Origin: Octopus sinensis
Lineage: Eukaryota
DNA: 64,000 nt
Direction of reading: 5' to 3'
Assembly (NCBI RefSeq): GCF_006345805.1
Contig: NC_043009.1
Location: 33,418,001-33,482,000 of the forward strand
The number at the start of each line of letters is the position of its first letter. Position 1 is the stretch's first letter. A model generated the notes under the pieces. It was not told the DNA's origin, ran no database searches, and saw nothing but the letters and a program-made list of their open reading frames with translations. The position numbers were made by a program, and so were the translations under genes. Positions 41,507 through 55,218 of the stretch are shown here, piece after piece.

Positions 41507-41664
41507 GTAAAGATTATTTGCCAACATAACGTGGCAGTCCTGCTTCAGGACGAATGTAATTTAGCCCCAGGAGGCCAGTTGGAGGCGATATCTCCTGGGG
41601 CTAAATTACAGCAACATTCGTCCTATACCAGGACTGCCATGATATGTTGGCAAATAATCTTTAC
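41507..41664. mobile_element. MITE-like palindromic element (arms about 70 bp)
   Basis: gtaaagattatttgccaacata..ttagccccaggag / ctcctggggctaa..tatgttggcaaataatctttac. Confidence 0.6.
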
Positions 41665-42244
41665 ACTAAATTACACCTGAGTAGACAATGCTACGCAATG
41701 GCACTTGCATTCAATGACGCATTATTTAACTTATCATACCTGTATACAACTAGGTGCACTTGGCCACTCGAAAATAACATGGCTATGGATATAACGCAAT
41801 ACTGACGAAAAGGGAAACACTCAGTTCTTCTCACTCTCTAGAATTTTGGAGGAATTTTTAAGATACCATGTTTAGTTGCCAAGTCTAATAGAAATGCCCC
41901 ATTTAGAGTGAATGAAGAAATTGGAATAGCATGCATTATCTCGAGAAGAAAAAAAAACAATATCTATATGGATAATGGTCCAGACCATGATCTAATAACA
42001 CCTTTGTGACCACAGTTCTAATTAAACACAGTCTTTGTTTTTTGATTTATTTATTTATTTAGAAAACCGGAAATTTGGAGTTAATTAGTAAAACTCCTCT
42101 TTTTATTATCATTATTATTAAACAGATGTTTGCAACAAGACAAAAGACAAGTACTGACATATTGAGATGATCTTCGGAACATATTGGCATATTAAAATGG
42201 AACAGATGTTGACAACATATATTGACATATTTTGTTCTTTTTTT

Positions 42245-42392
42245 GACACAAGGCCAGAAATATTGAGGGGTGAAGAAGTCAACCCCAGTGTTAAACTGGT
42301 ACTTATTTTATCGACCCCCCGAAAAGATAAGAAGCAAAGTCAACCTCGGTGGAATTTGAACTCTGAATGTAAAGACGGACAAAATGCAGCCT
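42245..42392 (-). mobile_element. SINE of the same family
   Basis: gacacaaggcc..tttatcgacc..ggaatttgaactc. Confidence 0.75.
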
Positions 42393-43132
42393 GATGAGCA
42401 GACCAATATTCCCTTTGATCGGATTCCTCCCTAACACATGTCCAGCAGCGCAATAACGTCCGAATCTCCTGTCGATGATATATAGAAGCTCAGTGTCTAT
42501 TCAGACACTGGTGTTGCGAGTAGCCAGGGGACTTATTTAAAAATAATTAATAGCGACAGAAGCTGTACTAACATCAAGCAGCAATTTTGATCTGCGACTT
42601 AACGTGGAGGTTGTGTGAGAACACAAAATACTGCGTTATTTACCGCGAGAGAATCTTTCATAGAACTCGTGGTGCATGAAAGTACACGTAATTATATCGT
42701 TGACGTATCACAGTGAAATCACATGATCTGGTAGTTCCGGCGGATGTAATAGGCGATTTTTATTCACCACAAGTCTTAATGCGAGATCCTCTTAAGGTAA
42801 ATAGCCAGTATTCTGTATTCTAACGCAACTTTCACGTTAAGTTGGAGATCAAGATTATCTTCTATATATTAATACGCATTTTATCGCTATATATGATCGG
42901 CTTGAAAAATTGTTAAGATACTAGGATATTTTCTTACTTTCTTAACATGAAACCAATGGTAGCCTTCATTCACAAATAAAGAAATTATATCCACCAATGC
43001 GGTGTTGAGCACTCATTTCCATCATTAGACGTTTACGTATATATATATATATATATAAATATATATATATATCAATATATATATATATAATATATATATA
43101 AATATATATATACATATATACAGATGTTTATA

Positions 43133-43171
<39 letters not shown>

Positions 43172-43217
43172 ATATATATATATATGTTTTGATATATATT
43201 GATGTATATATATTTAT

Positions 43218-43267
<50 letters not shown>

Positions 43268-43686
43268 CAGTGGTATTTAGTATAGCGCAAAAGAAAAAAT
43301 ATAAGTTGGTGTATTAAGGTGGTTTTCGGTACATAACATACGACAAGAACATTATTGATATATGAAAAAGGCATTTGGTACACAAGTTTATAAATAGTTA
43401 TTCCATAAAATTATGATGGAAAGTGAAAAACTGAAAAGATGGTATGCAGGAACCAGACCCTGTCTCTGGTGGGTTGGTTCCAAAATGGTTAATTCCAGCA
43501 GCTTAAGTACTGAACCACTTCTCTGATAGAATAAGTGAAAAATACTTGGAATAAAAACTTTTGATTATCTAATTTAATTTGGCGAAATAAAATTTATATT
43601 TTATTATTTTCTTCCTGCAACCATTTTCTCCATATTTTCAGGAGAATTACTTGAAATTTTCTATGTTGCCTATTTATTTATCTACA

Positions 43687-43732
<46 letters not shown>

Positions 43733-43936
43733 CTCAAACATACACACAGACGCATATTCATGTGTCTGTGTGAGTATGTGTGTATACTAAACAAGAGGGT
43801 GTGTATTTTATTTATTTATATATATGCATTATATATTACAGATATTTATACATATATATACATTATATTTTACAAATATATATATTATATATTATAAATA
43901 TATAAATATATATACATTACATATTATATATATATA

Positions 43937-43975
<39 letters not shown>

Positions 43976-44308
43976 CAATAAACCATCATTTTTGAAAGAA
44001 TATACATACAGAAATAAAACAAAATTCAATTCTGTCCATTAGGAGGGGAAGGAGAAGTATAAAAATTTTTAAAACAACAACAAATACCACAGAATACAGA
44101 AAAAATAAACCATTCAATATTTTGAAATTATTCTCAAACCCAAAATGTTTTCCTTTCTTTCTACTTTCTTTCTTTTTTTTTCATCTTGTTATTTGGAGGA
44201 AAAAACTGTCTTATCAGGTTTTACTTATTTTTATGATTGAGAAGAAAAAGAAAACCTTCAAATAAAATAAAAGTTATTTTGATTTAGATAAAAATAAAAA
44301 AAATATAA

Positions 44309-44345
<37 letters not shown>

Positions 44346-44910
44346 TAATAATAATAATAATAATATAATAATAATAACAACAACAACAACAACAATAAAC
44401 AAACGAGAAAGATAATAAAGAAAATTTGTTTTTACTTTAACTTTTTGTTTTCTTAGATTTATTCTGTGAAGTTTTTCAGTTGAACATTACATTATGGTCC
44501 GGAAATGAAATAGCATTAAAGAGGCCCTGATTTACAATCGGTTTGTCTTATACATATGTCTGTCAAATGGTAAGTTAGCCGTGAAATTAGCCTCAAGTTT
44601 TACTTTATAAACAACAATAACGCCAACATCGTAAATGCTTTGGTGAGGTTTCTTTTAGTTGTACGATTACAGTTAGGTTGTTATGTGTGGCGGTGTGTTG
44701 TAAAGGTGTGTTGAGTGTAAGACAGAGACAAACAGACAGACTGAGTCAATGAGAAAGAGAGAGAAAATGAGAGAGAGAGAGAGAGAGAGAGGGGGTGCAA
44801 GAGATTATTTTACCTACTTGTGTATGTATGTTTATTGAAAAGAAGACAATAATACACGCATATATATATACTTATATATGTGTGTGTGTGTTTGTGTATA
44901 CTTGCCTGCG

Positions 44911-44959
<49 letters not shown>

Positions 44960-45056
44960 TATACCTGTTTTAATGTCTACTTCTCAATATACATACACAG
45001 ATAATATTATTACATACACGTACTTTCACATTGGTAGACAGACAGACAAACAGACA

Positions 45057-45111
<55 letters not shown>

Positions 45112-46039
45112 CCAAGTTTTACATCTAGAATAAAATTTCACAGATGCCCTGGAATGCATCATCCATGATGTTCATGGAGTCTAAAGGATTTCAGGTCTTT
45201 CAGCTTCCGTTCCCCATCTCGCCCAGTTGACCCAGTTGATATTGATGAAGTCCTCGCTGTATTCCACCAGTAACAAATCATGCGTCTGCCTAGTTTATAC
45301 AAAGTCATCTAGTGACCCCCTTGATGGCTTCGCTGGCGAAATATAAGGCCCTCCTCATCGCTGCACCAGTAATTAAGCCCAGTCAGATCTTTGCAAAGTG
45401 ATAAGGGCAAATTCTCAGCAGCCTGCATCATTTGGCTTGCATCATGCCCACCAGCCTTGGCTTCTGTACTTCTTGACAACTTTCTAATATCTTCCTATGA
45501 GCCTCCTGTACGTGTTTTTTCAGAGCGTACTCAGTTCGCACATGATCACATGTTAAGAATATTCTGAGAACATGACTACATCTAGGCAGAATATCGTTGA
45601 TATAATCTGCTTCTGCATGATCCATATTCCCATCTGCCAGTCAGTCTGAGGATATGGAAAGTTGTTTATGGTTGAGTAGAAAGAGTTCCAGCTATATTCG
45701 TGAAAAGTAATGGTTTCCTTCCTCAGGTTTGCTGTCCTGTATGGCTTTTGAGATCACCTCTAGGACAGCTCCTGAGGAGATACAGTAGACGAGGGACAAA
45801 AGCGTGCTCCACTCCTGCCTCATGTGTGAAAATTAATTTTAATTTGTAACATGTACGTGTCAGATCAGGTCAGAGACCTCATTACAGACTGATGATACTT
45901 GCTATTGGTACCATGTTAACGACTAGTATCTGTTTCATCGTCGAATGACCGTGACAGAACTGACACGTCCAATTGAGTGGCTTGCTACTCTTATGAGAAA
46001 GATATCTGGATATCCAGCATGACTTTTGAAGGGCGGATG

Positions 46040-46170
46040 AGCTATCTGTGGTCCAACGTCCATCCATTTGGAGAAGGCAATGGCAAATACTTCAACATCC
46101 TTGAAAATACTATGAGAAAGTCAGAACGAAGTAATGTTATGGCTTCATCTGATGGGAGAACTCGCGCTTA
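46040..46170 (+). mobile_element. RTE/BovB-like LINE remnant
   Basis: ggagaaggcaatggcaaatacttcaacatccttg resembles the conserved RTE/Bov-A GGAGAAGGCAATGGCA segment (from recall). Confidence 0.45.
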
Positions 46171-46359
46171 ATTGTGAAGAATTTTCGGTGTAGTGTCCCC
46201 AAAGCACTGCAAAAGGAATTAGATACATGACGATGAATGTGTAGTAGACTGCCTGGATGAAGAATGTGCTGCGATAAATGTAATATCGGAAGTGAGCCGA
46301 CCAAGAAATGTTCCGCTGTCGTTTGTTGACCTAACTTGCCCAGGTTCCTTTATGGTTGT

Positions 46360-46892
46360 GCCCCGCCATCTTGTTCAAGCTAGTTCTTCGTTGCGTCCAG
46401 CCATCTTGTTCAAGCTCTATTTTCACTGCGTCCTGCTATCTTATTCAAGCTCTATTTTTGCTATGTCCCACCATCCTGTTCACGCCCTTTTCTCGCTGTC
46501 CCACCATCTTTTTTAAGCTTCTTTTTCGTTGCGTTCCGAGATCTTGTTCAAGCTCCTTTTTCGCTGAGTCCCGCCATCTTCAAATTAATTTATGGATGTG
46601 TCCTGCCATCTTGTTTAAGCTCTATTTTTCGCTGTCCCACCATCTTGTTCAAGCTTTTTTTTCGCTGTGTCCAGCCATCTGGTTCAAGCTCCTTTTTCGC
46701 TCTGTCCCCCCATCTTGTTTAAGCTCTTTTTTCTCTGCGTTCCGCCATCTTGTTTAAGCTCCTTTTTCACTGTGTCCCGCCATCTTGTTCAAGCTCTATT
46801 TTCGCTGTGTCTCGCCATCTTGTTCAAACTCCTTTTCCACTGTGACTCGCCATCTTGTTCAAGTTCCTTCTTCGCCGTGTTCCGCCATCTTA
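46360..46892. repeat. 35-bp minisatellite, 16 units, consensus approximately ccgccatcttgttcaagctcctttttcgctgtgtc
   Basis: ccatc anchors at 46366, 46401, 46436, 46471, 46504, 46539, 46574, 46606, 46640, 46675, 46710, 46745, 46780, 46815, 46850, 46885. Confidence 0.95.
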
Positions 46893-47187
46893 TTATCTTA
46901 TGCTGTCACTTCACTTGCACTAACTCCTTGGTGACTCACATTGACCGAAGCGGAACAACTTCAGCTTAGCTAAAACAACTATTTAATCACTGAGAATACA
47001 CAAAGGTTAACGCATAATCGGAGCTGTGACTTTATACCTATTTAAATTAAACGACAAAAATAGTTCTTAAATATACCAAATATAGAAATATCGAATATTT
47101 ATCAAAGTTTACTTCATATGACTTATAACATTTTTGATGACTATTCACTTCAGCTGCTGCTTTTAAATTAAAGACACAGACAGACAG

Positions 47188-47248
<61 letters not shown>

Positions 47249-47352
47249 ATATAGGTTCAGCAAAATTTAGATTCAGATGAATATGGTACTTAAGTTAAAG
47301 GCACCAGAATTTTGCATGGTATTATCCATATAAATCAAATGGGGTGATTATA

Positions 47353-47444
47353 ATCAAAATAAGCAACAAGGATATCCAAGGTAGAGTAGAGTAGCATGAA
47401 ACAATTGTACCACTCTACCTTGGATATCCTAGTTGCTTATTTTG

Positions 47445-47446
<2 letters not shown>
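47353..47446. repeat. Fold-back of 35-bp arms around an HHR 3-prime half (GAAAC-AATT-GTA)
   Basis: atcaaaataagcaacaaggatatccaaggtagagt / actctaccttggatatcctagttgcttattttgat; same family as 38458-38508. Confidence 0.75.
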
Positions 47447-47475
<29 letters not shown>

Positions 47476-49009
47476 CACACACACACACACACATACATAT
47501 ATATTTATATATATATGTATATGTGTGTGTGTGTGTATACGTATATATACAAGGTAGAAAAGCAGTCCTATCACTTCAAATAATGTTTGTCTAAAAGGTT
47601 TACATGAGAAAACGGAAAGTTTTATCAAGAGAGTTGGGTGTCAAATATATTTCTTTGAAATTTTGTTACCAGAATATACGACGAAAATTAAATCTAGTTT
47701 CAAAGCTCTATCTTATCCTTTTCCTAAGAATTTGTACCAATCATTCGAAGACGTTCCATTCCTTCTGATCAAATATATCAAATTTAGAAGTAATTATAGC
47801 GGCCTATTTCAGAAATAAAACTTTGAAAATTTGAAAGCTAAAAACAAATAACTACATTTTTGTTATTTCTGATAAAACTGAAAACTTATATAACATTAAG
47901 AAATAAACTTAGCACTGATTTCTATCTAATTCGATCATTAATCTATAAAAAAAAAAGACATTGAAAAATAGTCTTAAACGATGTCAATACCATCGCTAAA
48001 ACAGATTTCAGGGAACCTGATATAAACGATAGGGTTGACTTACTAATAACTAAAAAACCAAACTTTACGATTAAAGATCACAAATTTCATTTTTTTAATC
48101 ACCCTTTAATTAAACTCATTAACCCTTCCAAAACTTATTTAGATATCATAAGTAAAAACATAAAGCAAACTGCTGGTCCCGTTCTATGGATGCCCAGGGT
48201 AAAAAAAAACTTATGTTGCCATTCCATTAGCAGTTCCAGTGACTATGGAAGTGAGAAAGCCAGAGGCCCTAGAAGGCGCTTCTGCTAAATCGCCACAAGA
48301 TGGTTTCTTCATCGTCATCTTACAACTATAGGAAGAAAATTCAATCTAAAAATGAGTGAGCTAAAAGAAAAATGGTGCTCCAGAAAGAATGACTGCATTT
48401 TAAAACCTGGTGTTTCAAAACCCTGCATGATAAGTCAATCACCCTTTCGTTAGAACTCTTGTAAGGTTGAGCAACGAAAAACTAGAAAATATGAACAAAA
48501 TTTTGTGTTGGTTGGGGAGGAGATTAAATCGCAGAAGGACTTAGTTCCAACTAGACTACTACTGCTACTCTCACTACAACTAAGCTAGATTCTTGTTCTG
48601 TCGCTAGAGGCAACGATTTAAACAGCGAGAATAATGCCAGCTGGATTCGAACTCACAACACAAACGCGTTTTACTTTTACAGGAAAATAATGAAAATATA
48701 TGTATAAAATTTGAAAAATAAAGCAAATAAAAAAATACGGTAGATTTGCTAAATCGGTAGAGCAACGGATAAATACCTTGTTATACTTGGCTATGACTCA
48801 TTACTTTCGAGTTCACATCCCACCAAAGTCAGTTTTATATTTCAGTCTTCTGAAATCAATACAACAAATTGACGAGTTTCTGCTTCGGGACGCAGAAATG
48901 GGTTACGGGGACAACCTTCTCTCCTGACTAAAAGATTTCAAATATATAAACAACAACAAACCCATATTTGCAGACAATGTTAGGTTTATGGCTTAATATT
49001 AATTACAAA

Positions 49010-50397
49010 TTTTGGTACAAGACCAGCAAATTCGCGTGAGGGGCAACTTAATTACATCGACTCCAGTGCTCAACCGACTCAGAAAGAATGAAAGGCAAAG
49101 TCGAACTCGGCAGAATTTGAACCCAGAATGCAAAGATGGGTGACATGCTGCGAAGTATTTTGCCCGATTTGCAAACCATTCTGCCAGCTCGCCGCCTAAA
49201 TATGGCTAAATATTATTTAATAATTACTTCTACTCTAGGCACAAGGCCTTGAAGATTTGAAGGGGGAGGGGGTCTAGTAGATTACATCGGCTCCAGTGTC
49301 TCCCTGGTATTTATTTCATCGACCCCGAAAGGATGAAAGACAAAGTCGACCTCGGCGGAATTTAAACTCAGAACGTAGCGGCAGACGAAATACCTACTTC
49401 TTTACTACCCACCAGGGGCTAAACACAGAGGGGATGAACAAGGACAGACAAACAGACTAAGTCGATTACATCGACCCTAGTGCGTAACTGGTACTTATTT
49501 CATCGACCCCGATAGGATGAAAGACAAAGTCGACCTCGGCGGAATTTGAACTCAGAACGTAGCGGCAGACGAAATACCTATTTCTTTACTACCCACAAGA
49601 GGCCAAGCACAGAGGGGACAAACAAGGACAGGCACACGGATCAAGTCGATTACATTGACCCCAGTGCGTAACTGGTACTTAATTTATCGACCCCCAAAGG
49701 CTGAAAGGCAAAGTCGACCTCGGCGGAATTTGAACTCAGAACGTAACGGCAGACGAAATACCTATTTCTTTATTACCCACAAGGGGCTAAACACAGAGGG
49801 GACAAACAAGGACAGACATAGGTATTAAGTCGATTACATCGACCCCAGTGCATAACTGGTACTTAATTTATCGACCCCGAAAGGATGAAAGGCAAAGTCG
49901 ACCTCGGCGGAATTTGAACTCTCAACGTAACACAGACGAAATACCGCTGAGCATTTCGCCCGGCGTGCTAATCTGCAAGTTCTCCGCCTTCACATATTCT
50001 TTTCTACTCTAGGGACGAGGCTCGAAAGTTTTGGTGAGTGAAGCCAGTCGATTATATCGACTCCAGTACGCAAGTGGTACTTAATTTATTGACCTCGAAA
50101 GGATGAAAGGCAAAATTGACCTCGGCAGAATTTGAACTCAGAACGTAAAGACGGACGAAATACCTATTTCTTTACTGTCCACAATGGGGCTACACACAGA
50201 GGAGACAAACAAGGACAGACAAACGAATTAAGTCGATTACATCGCCCCAGTGCGTAACTGGTACTTATTTAATCGACCCCGAAAGGATGAAAAGCAAAGT
50301 CGACCTCGGCGGAATTTGAACTCAGAACGTAGCGGCAGACGAAATACCGCAAAGCATCTCGCCCGTCGTGCTAACGTTTCCGCCAGCTCGACGCCTT
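49010..50397 (-). mobile_element. Cluster of seven SINE bodies, including 184-bp head-to-tail concatemers
   Basis: gaaatacc junctions at 49394, 49578, 49762, 49945, 50164 and 50348. Confidence 0.9.
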
Positions 50398-50930
50398 CAA
50401 GTACTATTTAATAATACAAAACATAGTATTATATATTCTGAAGAAAACTCCTCAGTGTAAAGTCCTAAGGAAAATGTGCAAGGGCGTAGAGAACACTAGA
50501 TCTAAGGGTACGAATATGTGAGCTCAAAAAGCACGAACGGTATACATAAGTGCAATATTTCTGAAAAAGAAAAAAATATAATAAATCAAAGGAATAGAAT
50601 TAGCAATATTGAAATGTTGTAGACAGAATTAGAAACAGCACTAAGAACATCAATTTACTTGCTTGCTTCTAGGGTTGTCCTTGTTACACCATTTAATGCT
50701 AAGTCAGTATCTGAATGCAAAAGATAAAGAAATCAAGTGGGAAGTAGGAACTAAGATGGAGAATTAGCAAAGCACATCAGAATCTGGTTCGAAGAAAACA
50801 TTCAATAAATATTTCGTTCTGCATTTGGATTGAGTTTTGTACAAATATTTTGTTTTTAATGATAACAGGGTTTTAAAATTTATTTTTTACTCATACACAC
50901 ACATACATGCACACACATGCACACACATAC

Positions 50931-50989
<59 letters not shown>

Positions 50990-51185
50990 TAAATGAAATC
51001 TGTTATAGAGAATATGAAAGGCTTTCAAATTGAAAATAAAATAATAAAATATGCTTTCGTTCATAATGGATCATACTGCTTGCCTTCTTATTACACCGAT
51101 TTGTGTTTGGTTATTGATGGAAATATGTATGTGTGTATGTGTATCTGTGTGTGTGTACACGTGCGTGTATCTACATATATATATT

Positions 51186-51216
<31 letters not shown>

Positions 51217-51452
51217 GTATGAATGTGTATATAAATATTATATATTTATATATATATGTATATATGTATGTATGTAATATGTATATATATGCGTATATAT
51301 GTATATATATATATGTATATATATATATACATATATATATATATGTATGTATGTATAAATAAATATATGTATGTATGTAGATAAGTATATGTGCAAAATT
51401 TATATATCTATATGCATTTAAAGGAAAATGTTTTTCCGTATAGATGTTTACG

Positions 51453-51495
<43 letters not shown>

Positions 51496-51561
51496 ATATA
51501 TATGCATATATGCATTAGTTCATAAACACACGCACACATACACACAGACAGGCAGATAGAC

Positions 51562-51651
<90 letters not shown>

Positions 51652-52387
51652 GTAGGTAGGTAGGTAGGTAGGTAGGTAGGTAGGTAGTAGGTAGGTGCGT
51701 GCGTGTATACTGCAAGCCTGTTTTTATATTCATTTTGTGCAGAATTTCTGTATATTCATATATAGCACTTGTATGTATGTATGCGTATACACACATACAC
51801 ACACACACACACACACACAGACTTAGATCCCTTAGTGTGTGCACGTGTGCATGCGTGCACTCATGCGAATGTATACCTATTTTACTTAGCAAAACTAAAT
51901 AAAATCAAATTTTTGTGAGGAATTTTTCCAGTGAACACCATGGAGATTTCTGTTCATTTATGCATTGTGCATGGATGCATTAGTCTTGGACAAATGCATA
52001 AATTCACGAAAAGAAAATTGAGAAAAAAGACGATATAAGCTAGCGAAAGAAGTAAAAGAATCCTACCAATATCTTTGCAATTCTTAAGACCCAGATTTTA
52101 TGGAAATTCTATATCTTAAAGGGACGAAAAGAAAAAGGATTTCTAAAGAAAAATAAAGAATATAGAAAAGGGGAGATTAAATTTTAGATTAAAAAATAAT
52201 TCTTTTTTTATTGAAAAATTTTCTAAATGTATAAAGAATACATTAGAACCTGTTAAGCAAACTTGTATTTGTATACCAGCTCGATAATTACATCACAGAT
52301 ATTCGAAATTACAACGCAATCAAAGAGTGCGGAGTCTAACAAAAGAATTCTATAGAGATCAGCAAAATTTTTTTTAAATCACAAATG

Positions 52388-52399
52388 CTAATAATAATA

Positions 52400-52461
<62 letters not shown>

Positions 52462-52487
52462 TTAATAATAATAATAATATAATAATA

Positions 52488-52540
<53 letters not shown>

Positions 52541-52590
52541 GTAATAATAATAATAGTAATAATAATAATATAATAATAATAATAATAATA

Positions 52591-52623
<33 letters not shown>
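52388..52623. repeat. (AAT)n microsatellite
   Basis: Direct reading. Confidence 0.97.
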
Positions 52624-52625
<2 letters not shown>

Positions 52626-52746
52626 GTAACTAAAAGAAGTGAAATATTCTTTTCAGACAAAGAACAAACAGTAAAGTGATATGCAAATTAAAATTGCACA
52701 TATGTCTGATTGACATAATCTGTTCTCTTATGGAAGTTGTTTAGTA

Positions 52747-52807
<61 letters not shown>

Positions 52808-52919
52808 TCTGTGTCATGATTAGACTCCAGATAAATGAGGAGATGGCTTACAACAACATTAACACAAATTACATTTAGTAAAGACGGCTCCATAGATGAA
52901 CAACTCTTCAATGTTCTCT

Positions 52920-53720
52920 GCTATAAACCGTTGTTTTACATTATAAAGAGCAGCAGTTCTATATACTATAGTACAGACAAACGGTTTTATTATCAATGGT
53001 ACAGAGCAACCGATCTATTCCCCAGAGTAAAGACCATCAGTTCGGTACATCATAGATGAAACCAGGAGTTTTCTTCTTCGTGCTATAGACTAACAGTTCC
53101 ATTTTAAATAGTAAAGATTAGCAGCTGTTTATCCCATTGTGGAAATTGACAATTCTTTCTATATTAAAGATAACCAGTTCTATACTCCTTAGTACAGACC
53201 AGCTGTTCTATTTTTGATAATATAGACCAAGGGTCCTATTTTCTTTGATATACACCAAGAGTTCTGTTGTGACAACAAAGACCACCAGTTCTAATTTTCG
53301 TGACATAGATAAACAGGTTCTACTTTCAATAGTATTGACCAGTAAATAGCTGTATCCTCCACAACATAAATTCTCAGATTTTCAACAGTAAAAAATAACA
53401 TGTTACCTAAATTTTATAGACCGACAATTCTATTTCTTATAGCATATATCAATAATTCTCTACTGAATAATACAGATCAACAACTCTATGTTCAGTAGTA
53501 TAAACCAACAATTCTATTTTCTACGATGATACAAACTATCGGAGTGAAATATATTTGCTGGTTTTTATTATTGGAAATAGTTCAGACTACTAGCAATACT
53601 AACCGTAATATAGACTTGTACTTATATTTTTCTTAGTACAAGCCAATACCAATATTGTCCATACTATAAGCTAACGGTTCTATTCTCTATGGCTATAGAT
53701 CGGCAGTTTTATTTTCCTAA
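52920..53720. repeat. Highly diverged tandem repeat of about 28-30 bp (tagaccagcagttctatttt-like)
   Basis: Recurrent agac..cagttctat motifs at regular spacing. Confidence 0.6.
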
Positions 53721-54099
53721 TAAGTAAATGACAAGTTTCTTCATTGCAGGATCGTTTTCAAAACTTAATTGTAAATTACCAATCTTATTTAATTCTAATT
53801 AAAATTATTTATTCTGGTCCTCAAAGACAGCGGAGACATTTCTGAAAAGCCAGATAGTGAAGTCACAATAGTGCTCCAGAAAAATGTAATCGAAAAAAAA
53901 GTTAAATCGGTTTATGCGAAGGCAATTTTTAAAAAAAGGTATGCAAGCCACCAGTCTTTTTTTCCGAAACAGGAACAAAGATAAAGCGACAAAGCTGCCT
54001 AGCCATGCACGGGATTTGAAAACCAACACCACATCGCATACAGTCAAATAAAGCATCGTAAAGAAATTTAGGCCATATGTAAACGGATCAAAGACATAC

Positions 54100-54199
54100 A
54101 AGCTAAAATATTGTTCTTTCTTTGTACATCCAAGAATTCCACCACACTTCTTAATTTCAGATCCGTAATTTTTCTCGTGTTTTGTCACAGACAAGCGTT
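54100..54199 (-). CDS. Candidate coding exon (100 nt, phase 1 to phase 2): RLSVTKHEKNYGSEIKKCGGILGCTKKEQYFS
   Basis: Acceptor tttattttatttatgtaacag|AA and donor GCTT|gtatgt; lies inside the 53805-54338 ORF; end phase compatible with the downstream candidate exons. Confidence 0.4.
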
Positions 54200-54336
54200 C
54201 TGTTACATAAATAAAATAAACCATGTGTATTGAATTTATAAGGTTGCTCGGAGATACACAGCATGTTACATAAATCTGCCGAATTACAGTGTTTCCACGA
54301 CATGAAACTATTCCTAGCTCATATTTAAACACTGAC

Positions 54337-54390
<54 letters not shown>

Positions 54391-54755
54391 TTAAAAATAG
54401 GATAAAATCTTCATAAGAAATAGAATAAACAACAACAAACCCATATTTGCAAACAATGAACAAAATCAACATACCAGACGAACAACCATCGTATCCACCG
54501 TAGCATATAGAACTGTTCACCCTTTATACATCTATGTAAATGGCGGGCTTTTTCGAATTGCATTTCGGTAACAATGTGCTTATTCGGAATAAAAATTCAG
54601 TATTGAATTATTCCGGTGAAATTTATAATTTAAAAATAGGATAAAATCTTCATAAGAAATTATCAAGTAGTTAGCGTGAAAACCTCATAAGAGGACAAAT
54701 GCATTTGTTCGTCTGGTATGTTGATTTTGTTCATTCATTATAAATCTTGAATCAT

Positions 54756-54820
54756 GCTGTCACTGATGAGTAAGGGACGCAGCCACTGCGTTAATTATGA
54801 AATCACTGGTGATCTGCAGC
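54756..54820 (+). ncRNA. Type I hammerhead ribozyme with intact core
   Basis: GCTGTCA-CTGATGA-GTAA..ACGCAG-CCA-CTGCGT..TTAT-GAAA-TCA-CTGG-TGA-TC^TGCAGC; bulged 6-bp stem I, G10.1-U11.1 wobble, AUC triplet (cut after 54814). Confidence 0.8.
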
Positions 54821-54940
54821 TAAATTCTGTTTTTATATGACTCGCTTCGAGACTTGCATTCGGTACGATATGTTTATTTTGGTAGTTTTGACTTTAAGAG
54901 TCCCTCCTAGCGTGCGGCATTTATGTGTAATAGTGCCCTC

Positions 54941-54996
<56 letters not shown>

Positions 54997-55158
54997 CACG
55001 TAACAAGTGGTATGAGTAGTCACTATAAATAGGTGAGTACGAGACAGTACGACGGAGTACGTAGTAGGCAAAGAGATGGTCGCGTATACCGAAGTAGGCC
55101 TTATAATAATCCAACATTTAAAAGGATTGCCACAGTGACGACGGGAGTTATAACATAT

Positions 55159-55218
<60 letters not shown>

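Noticed and set aside
41798-41830. CTGACGA-AAAGG-GAAAC as an HHR
   Set aside because: No stem II or stem I pairing.
42695-42733. TTGACGT..GAAATCACATGATC as an HHR
   Set aside because: Two core deviations and wobble-rich stems; not distinguishable from chance.
46360-46892. 35-bp repeat array as a CRISPR
   Set aside because: Units are contiguous with no unique spacers, there are no cas genes, and the context is eukaryotic.
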